This document shows positions 58,826-64,000 of a stretch of DNA of 64,000 nt, piece by piece; within the stretch, counting starts at the first letter, position 1, and the number at the start of each line of letters is the position of its first letter. A program made the position numbers and the translations under genes. Source of the DNA: a virus; IMG/VR virus record IMGVR_UViG_3300025874_000006, positions 74,352 to 138,351 of that record. One strand, given 5' to 3'. Under the pieces are notes generated by a model that was given only the letters and a program-made list of their open reading frames with translations, searched no databases and had not been told where the DNA came from.

Positions 58826-60120
58826 TGTACTTCTCCATTAGATAGTTTCAGACCAGACATAGTCACATAGTATGAACTGCGTGATATTGAATGCTTACAT
58901 GCAAAGATGAGAAAGTCTCCGGACTTCTTGGGGTCATATACGTTCGAATCACTCTCGTCCATTCGGTTACGTAGGAATGTGAGAGAGATCTTTCTACCCA
59001 ACGTGCTGTTCTCATCACCATCCAAGAACTCTACTCCTTCAAGCACAAAGTCTATCTTGCTCTTAGTTAGCATATGGGTCATGGCTCGGTTGATGATGTT
59101 CAACCTATACTGCGCTACCTCTTCACTCTCTGAGTAAGACTTGTTGTTCGGGTGTGCAGAAGACCCACCTATCTGACTTATACGTCTACTTTTTATATCA
59201 GCAGTGATCTCTTTGTACCTACCATTGTCAAACAACGGTGTACCCTTGTCGATGATCTTATCTTTCTTTAGTGGTTTGATGACCTCTTCATCTACGTTGA
59301 ATGTGAAGCGGTCTACCTTGTTCTTGGTTACATTAATGTAACGATAGTCCGAACCAATGAGTCCGTCCTGTATCAGTTTAAATAGGTTCTCTGTACCCTT
59401 TGATTGATATCTAATAATAACCCTCTCCTTCTTTTCAGGAGGGTTCACAGATTCACTGAACTCGCCCTCAGAGAATGTGAAGGGTTGACCCTTATTCATT
59501 ATAGTCGAAGTCATGAGAGACTTCAAGTCCTTCATCTGAAGATCTTTGTCGATCAGTGTGGAGTACAAGTAGAATGGATACCCGTCTGCTGTAGATGCTC
59601 GATTCTTTATCCAGCACATAGCATCAATCGGAGTTAGGTTGGGTACAATGACCTTCATCGATTGAAAGTCGCTAGAGACTTGATTGATCTTCTTTTTGAG
59701 AAACTCTTCGGAGATATTGCTAATGATCTTACTAGGTTTGCCACTATAAGATCTGTTCACATTGTGTAGGTTAGATATGTACCCGATGTCTTCTATCAGA
59801 TGAAACACATAGAGCTCCGATATGTCCGTACTCTTATCGGATAGGATTACCTTATCAATAAAGAATGTTTTGGAAACACTTAGAGTATCAGCGCGGTTGC
59901 TCTTTAGCGTGATATGCATCTTCTCACCACCAGAGATGTCCATGTTGGCGACAACACTATCCCTATCGGTGTAACCCAATATGGCGGTTAGGTAAGGTTT
60001 ATCTAGATGCTCGAAGATATCGATGTCCGAGACACCGTTCGCTATCTGCGCATCCTTCGTAGACTCACTCACTTCAATGATTACAGATTCAATAGTGATC
60101 GAATCAGCTGTATTGTCCAT
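58822..60120 (-). CDS. Putative baseplate hub protein (gp27-like position)
   Basis: IDIFEHLDKPYLT, VIVPNLTPIDAMCWI, SGDFLIFACKHSI; sits between gp53 and gp5. Confidence 0.6.
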   Translation of the reverse strand: MDNTADSITIESVIIEVSESTKDAQIANGVSDIDIFEHLDKPYLTAILGYTDRDSVVANMDISGGEKMHITLKSNRADTLSVSKTFFIDKVILSDKSTDISELYVFHLIEDIGYISNLHNVNRSYSGKPSKIISNISEEFLKKKINQVSSDFQSMKVIVPNLTPIDAMCWIKNRASTADGYPFYLYSTLIDKDLQMKDLKSLMTSTIMNKGQPFTFSEGEFSESVNPPEKKERVIIRYQSKGTENLFKLIQDGLIGSDYRYINVTKNKVDRFTFNVDEEVIKPLKKDKIIDKGTPLFDNGRYKEITADIKSRRISQIGGSSAHPNNKSYSESEEVAQYRLNIINRAMTHMLTKSKIDFVLEGVEFLDGDENSTLGRKISLTFLRNRMDESDSNVYDPKKSGDFLIFACKHSISRSSYYVTMSGLKLSNGEVQ

Positions 60121-60845
60121 TACGACCTCAAGGCTTCTTTAAATAATTTCTGTACGGTATTGATCTCTCTTGGTTTGACAATACGTATCTGTTTCAGTTT
60201 ATCATTCTCTTCTAGGTAGAAGTCTAGGTTGGTTACAGGTACCGCATTCACGGGTACACTCATATCCGTTAGATCCAAGTCAACATGTTCACCGTTCACT
60301 TCATAGTGATGTGCCGCAAGATGTGCTTGAACCGCAGCGATGATCACGACATTTTCATTAATGTCTGTATCAGAGACTACCATCTCACCTTGTTGAAAAG
60401 TTTCAATACCTTGAAGTTCAACGTAGATCTGTCCTAGGTCTAGGTTCTTGTACTTAATGATACCTACTGCATTACTTATGGCACCCGTTATACTATCCCC
60501 TACTGCGAGGATACTGTGTATGGAGTCCTGTGTACTGAGCACATAACCAGAGTAGTCCGACTTCACTCGTTCGACAACTTGATTGTATGCTAGAGGCCAA
60601 CCCTGTTCACGTATCTTATCGTTCATCAAGTAGAACGTCCAATGCAAGTGTGGGTTCTTGTACAACATGAATGCAGTCTGGTCTGGTCTCTCTCCACCTT
60701 GAATGTAATGATCTTGGTAGAAAGACGAGTTAAGTTTAATATCATCCAGAATATCTACATAAGTTGCAATGTTTTGTACCAGTGCTGATTCTTCTCCGTC
60801 ACCGAAGGAATAGAACTGTAATGGGAAATCTTTAAAGTATGACAT
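60120..60845 (-). CDS. gp53: Baseplate wedge subunit
   Basis: MSYFKDFP, YIQGGERPDQTAFMLY..LHWTFYLMND..WPL, NDKLKQIRIVKP. Confidence 0.9.
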   Translation of the reverse strand: MSYFKDFPLQFYSFGDGEESALVQNIATYVDILDDIKLNSSFYQDHYIQGGERPDQTAFMLYKNPHLHWTFYLMNDKIREQGWPLAYNQVVERVKSDYSGYVLSTQDSIHSILAVGDSITGAISNAVGIIKYKNLDLGQIYVELQGIETFQQGEMVVSDTDINENVVIIAAVQAHLAAHHYEVNGEHVDLDLTDMSVPVNAVPVTNLDFYLEENDKLKQIRIVKPREINTVQKLFKEALRS

Positions 60846-61972
60846 TAGAAACCATCCTCATCCATAATATCTGATCGGTTTAGTGTTCTCTCTTCCACGA
60901 AGGATAGAGATAGGTCAATCTCGACAGGGTAACCATCAGGATGGAATGCCATGCTACTTGAGTTGTAGTTAGTAGAGATTGCTTTCAGATGACATTTCTT
61001 CATCTTGGTACCGACACGTTTCTTAACCCCAGACTCGTTCTCGTAGAATAGATCCAACTCGAACATGTGTGGGTACTTGTACCCTGCATTGACTCCAGCG
61101 ATGTTAATCGTATCTGGGTACGCATAACTACGGAATCTTTTAATAATCTTTTCAACTTCTTTTGCTTCCAACGAAGACTTAGGAATGAACTTGAACTGGA
61201 ATGCGAACTCTCGGATGTTAACACCCTTGAATACGGTTCTGGCATTAGGGTTCACGGTCACACCGAACGCAAGAGAAGCAGCATTACCGGCGGTACCGTT
61301 CATCGCGGCAGCAGTTCGTTGTAATGCAAGTCCTGCGGCAGCACCCTGTAGGTTACCAGCGACCATGTCGGCCATATTAGAGAAACCTTTCTCGGCAGCT
61401 TCTCCTAGAGTTTCGAGGATACCTTTACCTTGACCCATCGCAGCTGTGGCGCCGGCACCAAAGGGCCCGAGCTCCGGTTGTGCATAGCTCAATCCATCCG
61501 CTTGGGTCAATGCGATAGGTAGGTACAGTTTAACCATGTTTCCGGTATCTTCTATATTCCTATCGGAGTACTCCATAGGACTATCTTTGCCATGTTTCTC
61601 AATGTACCTAGCATCCATAGAGTTCTTGACCCTAGTCTTCTTATCTTTGTATTCGCGATAATCTATCTGTTTGTTAGCGTACTGTTTATCGATGGCCTTA
61701 CTTTCATCGTTCAACTCTTTATATTTGCTATCACCCCCGTCACCCAACATACTACTGACAGTAGCAGAGTCACCCTTCAGAGTAGGAGGTATCAACTCGA
61801 ACACCTTAAAGGTTATACTTGCACCGTATCGCTCTTGGTTATTGAGTGGATAGATCAACTTGTTAGGGGTGGAAACCACTGTGTTGAGAGGAGTTGCCTG
61901 CCCTTTCTCCGCTTCAGACCCTTCTCCTTGGAGAGAATCTACTATGCTGGAAAGAAATTCTTTGATTGCCAT
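60845..61972 (-). CDS. gp48: Baseplate tail tube cap
   Basis: KLYLP, VNPNARTVFKGVNIREFAFQFKFIPKS..EA, YKYPHMF, YPVEIDLSLSFVEERTL. Confidence 0.85.
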   Translation of the reverse strand: MAIKEFLSSIVDSLQGEGSEAEKGQATPLNTVVSTPNKLIYPLNNQERYGASITFKVFELIPPTLKGDSATVSSMLGDGGDSKYKELNDESKAIDKQYANKQIDYREYKDKKTRVKNSMDARYIEKHGKDSPMEYSDRNIEDTGNMVKLYLPIALTQADGLSYAQPELGPFGAGATAAMGQGKGILETLGEAAEKGFSNMADMVAGNLQGAAAGLALQRTAAAMNGTAGNAASLAFGVTVNPNARTVFKGVNIREFAFQFKFIPKSSLEAKEVEKIIKRFRSYAYPDTINIAGVNAGYKYPHMFELDLFYENESGVKKRVGTKMKKCHLKAISTNYNSSSMAFHPDGYPVEIDLSLSFVEERTLNRSDIMDEDGF

Positions 61973-61988
61973 CGGTAAATCTCGTGTT

Positions 61989-62013
61989 TATAAATAGGTT
62001 TACAGTATTTATA
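61989..62013. promoter_or_regulatory. Face-to-face late promoters at the divergence point
   Basis: TATAAATA on plus at 61989-61996 and on minus at 62006-62013. Confidence 0.85.
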
Positions 62014-62014
62014 C

Positions 62015-62539
62015 ATGAAGTTAAGAATGAAAACATATAAAGGTCGATACAAACCAAAGAACCCAGCCAAGTATGCCGGAGACGTGGACAACGTGGTCTA
62101 CCGTTCTGGGTGGGAACGACATGTTATGAAATGGTGTGACGACAGTTTAGACATAGAACAGTGGATGTCCGAAGAGTTGGTCATCCCGTACATCTGCGAG
62201 ACCGATAAGAAACCTCACCGATACTTCATGGACTTCGTTATCAAGTACAAGTCTGGTCGTGTTGTACTGGTAGAAGTCAAACCCTTCAAGGAGACCAAGT
62301 TACCTGAACGTAAACAGGGGAAGTCTCGTAGAACCATTCTAAACGAAGGTATGACTTACATCAAGAACCAGTCCAAGTGGAAGGCCGCATCCGAATACGC
62401 GAAGGATAGAGGGTACCACTTTGAGATATGGACAGAGAAAGAACTCACCGCTATGGGTATCATGCCCAAGTCCACGCAACGTATGCGTACCAAAAAACCG
62501 TTAAAGAAACTGCCTCCGTTCAGAAAGAAGAAAAAATAA
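62015..62539 (+). CDS. gp4: Head completion protein (TnsA-like nuclease fold)
   Basis: YKGRYKPKNPAKYAGD..VYRSGWE, HRYFMDF, EVKP, NQSKWKAA..F.IWTE; start may be ATG 62027. Confidence 0.93.
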   Translation: MKLRMKTYKGRYKPKNPAKYAGDVDNVVYRSGWERHVMKWCDDSLDIEQWMSEELVIPYICETDKKPHRYFMDFVIKYKSGRVVLVEVKPFKETKLPERKQGKSRRTILNEGMTYIKNQSKWKAASEYAKDRGYHFEIWTEKELTAMGIMPKSTQRMRTKKPLKKLPPFRKKKK

Positions 62540-62541
62540 CG

Positions 62542-62549
62542 TATAAATA
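62542..62549 (+). promoter_or_regulatory. Late promoter for gp2
   Basis: Exact TATAAATA. Confidence 0.85.
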
Positions 62550-62576
62550 GAAGTACGAATTTTAACGGAATCTACA

Positions 62577-63164
62577 ATGTCCAACATATTTCAACGATTA
62601 GAACTACAAGCGTTTCGTGCTGGTATCACACCACGTACAAAAGAATCCCGTGAGTGGTTCCGTAAGAAGATCAAGAATCTCCGCAGTATCAATAGAGAAG
62701 CGTTGATGAAAGAAGATCCGTTGAAACAAACGGGTCAAGAGATCGTGGGCGGTATGTACATGTTCTTCTATGACCCTAAGCATAAGGATACACTACCGTA
62801 CTACGATACGTTTCCGTTAGTTATTGTTGTAGGGCCTGCCGAGGGTGGGTTCTACGGGTTGAACCTACACTATCTACCACCTATCCTACGTGCGAAGATG
62901 TTGGATGCGTTGATGGATATAACAAGTAACACTAAGTTCAATGACTCTACCCGATTTAAAATGTCGTATGAGTTGTTGGTTAAGAGTAGTAAGTTGAAGT
63001 ATTTCCAACCCTGTTTCAAACACTACTTGAACGATCAAGTAAAGAGCAAGTTCGCAATGGTGCCTGCACCTGAGTGGGAAATCGCAACCTTCCTACCAAC
63101 AGCACAGTTCAAGAAGGCGAACTCTAAGAAAGTATACTTCGACTCTCAAAAAATGATAGGATAG
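62577..63164 (+). CDS. gp2: DNA end protector protein
   Basis: GMYMFFYDPKHKDTLPYYDTFPLV, GLNLHYLPP..RA, PCFKHYL, EWEIATFLP. Confidence 0.95.
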   Translation: MSNIFQRLELQAFRAGITPRTKESREWFRKKIKNLRSINREALMKEDPLKQTGQEIVGGMYMFFYDPKHKDTLPYYDTFPLVIVVGPAEGGFYGLNLHYLPPILRAKMLDALMDITSNTKFNDSTRFKMSYELLVKSSKLKYFQPCFKHYLNDQVKSKFAMVPAPEWEIATFLPTAQFKKANSKKVYFDSQKMIG

Positions 63165-63175
63165 GCGGTTAATAG

Positions 63176-63886
63176 ATGGCGGGCATAGAACAACTAAAAG
63201 GTAAGCTAACCTCTAAGAATGGTATCGCGATGGCAAATCAGTTTGCGGTCACTCTTCCATCTATAGGGAATTTAGACTCTCGTGAACTGAATGTCATATG
63301 TAAGGACGTTACCTTGCCTGGCAGACAGGTGATGAGTCTGGATAGAAATGTCGGTATATTCAATGAGAAGATCGCGAATGGATTTGGAGTAGAAGACGTT
63401 TCAATAACATTCTATGTGTTGAATGACTACGGTGTTAAGAAGTACTTTGATACGTGGGCAAACACTATAGTGGGAATGTACTACAAAGTAAAACCAGAAG
63501 CTGCGGCAGAGGATGCTGACCCTGAAGATAAGGCAGCTGTCAAACAGGCGCAAGAAGAATTTGCGAATAGTCTCAAGATGGGTGAGGTAGGATACAAGAA
63601 CAGTTATTCGAAATCTATTACTATACGACAATTACGCAAACCTATCGCACGGTTCGGTTTCGACCTCGGGCCCTTTGATTTTAATTTCGATGTTGGGGGT
63701 GCTTCTATATACAGTGTAGAACTATTAGAAGCGTTCCCTACATCTCTCAGTTCAATCCAACTGAGCAATGACGGACAACTCGTTGAGTGTACAATGCAGT
63801 TCTCTTACACCAACTGGAAAGTGATAGACGATAAACGAAGTTTACTTGATGGAAAACTCAATCTAAACTTAGGTGGATTAATTTAA
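63176..63886 (+). CDS. Baseplate tail tube initiator (gp54-like, gp19 fold)
   Basis: ANQFAV, CKDVTLPGRQV, LEAFPTSLSSIQLS..TMQFSYTNW; precedes gp26. Confidence 0.75.
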   Translation: MAGIEQLKGKLTSKNGIAMANQFAVTLPSIGNLDSRELNVICKDVTLPGRQVMSLDRNVGIFNEKIANGFGVEDVSITFYVLNDYGVKKYFDTWANTIVGMYYKVKPEAAAEDADPEDKAAVKQAQEEFANSLKMGEVGYKNSYSKSITIRQLRKPIARFGFDLGPFDFNFDVGGASIYSVELLEAFPTSLSSIQLSNDGQLVECTMQFSYTNWKVIDDKRSLLDGKLNLNLGGLI

Positions 63887-63907
63887 TTATATAATATAGG
63901 ATACATC

Positions 63908-64000
63908 ATGGCTTTACCAAAACTGAATTCAGCACCAACATATGAAATGAAAATCCCCTCGACGGGTCAGAGTGTGGTCTACCGACCATTCCTTGTAAAG
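63908..64000 (+). CDS. gp26: Baseplate hub assembly protein, 5' part only (runs off the window)
   Basis: MALPKLNSAPTYEMKIPSTGQSVVYRPFLVK; absent from the ORF track. Confidence 0.88.
   Translation, partial: MALPKLNSAPTYEMKIPSTGQSVVYRPFLVK

Noticed and set aside
62015-62539. Transposase or mobile endonuclease
   Set aside because: The TnsA-like nuclease fold is the normal T4 gp4 head completion protein in its usual context next to gp2.
1-64000. Host assignment (e.g. cyanobacterial)
   Set aside because: Several gene families resemble marine T4-like phages, but the window has no host-diagnostic metabolic genes.

Overview
This window is the virion morphogenesis (late gene) region of a T4-like myophage, with gene content resembling marine T4-like phages; the host cannot be assigned from this window. 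On the minus strand it carries gp23-22-21-(68/67 positions)-20-19-18-17-16-15-14-13, then about 40 kb of fibre, accessory and baseplate genes (six very long fibre-like proteins, three 2OG-Fe(II) oxygenase-like and two glycosyltransferase-like genes, gp8, gp6, gp25, gp5, gp53, gp48). A divergent plus-strand block holds gp4, gp2, a gp54-like gene and the start of gp26. T4-type late promoters (TATAAATA) and UUCG terminators punctuate the region. The most striking feature is the 1554-aa Tyr/Arg/Gly repeat protein at 33292-37956. By hand alignment it has two arms of exactly 585 aa around a 96-aa core, and the arms are mirror-complementary at the protein level: every tetrad starting with a non-aromatic residue (mostly Arg or Ser) faces an aromatic-x-Gly tetrad, and the register breaks match between arms. 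This implies a very long self-pairing beta-hairpin fibre. It lies directly upstream of a glycosyltransferase-like and an oxygenase-like gene. Other highlights are a 2567-aa fibre with four propeller-like cassettes between near-identical DNA repeats, a collagen fibre with two rods of equal length, a collapsed 11-codon gene relic and a structured leader. All alignments and counts were made by eye; no database searches were run.
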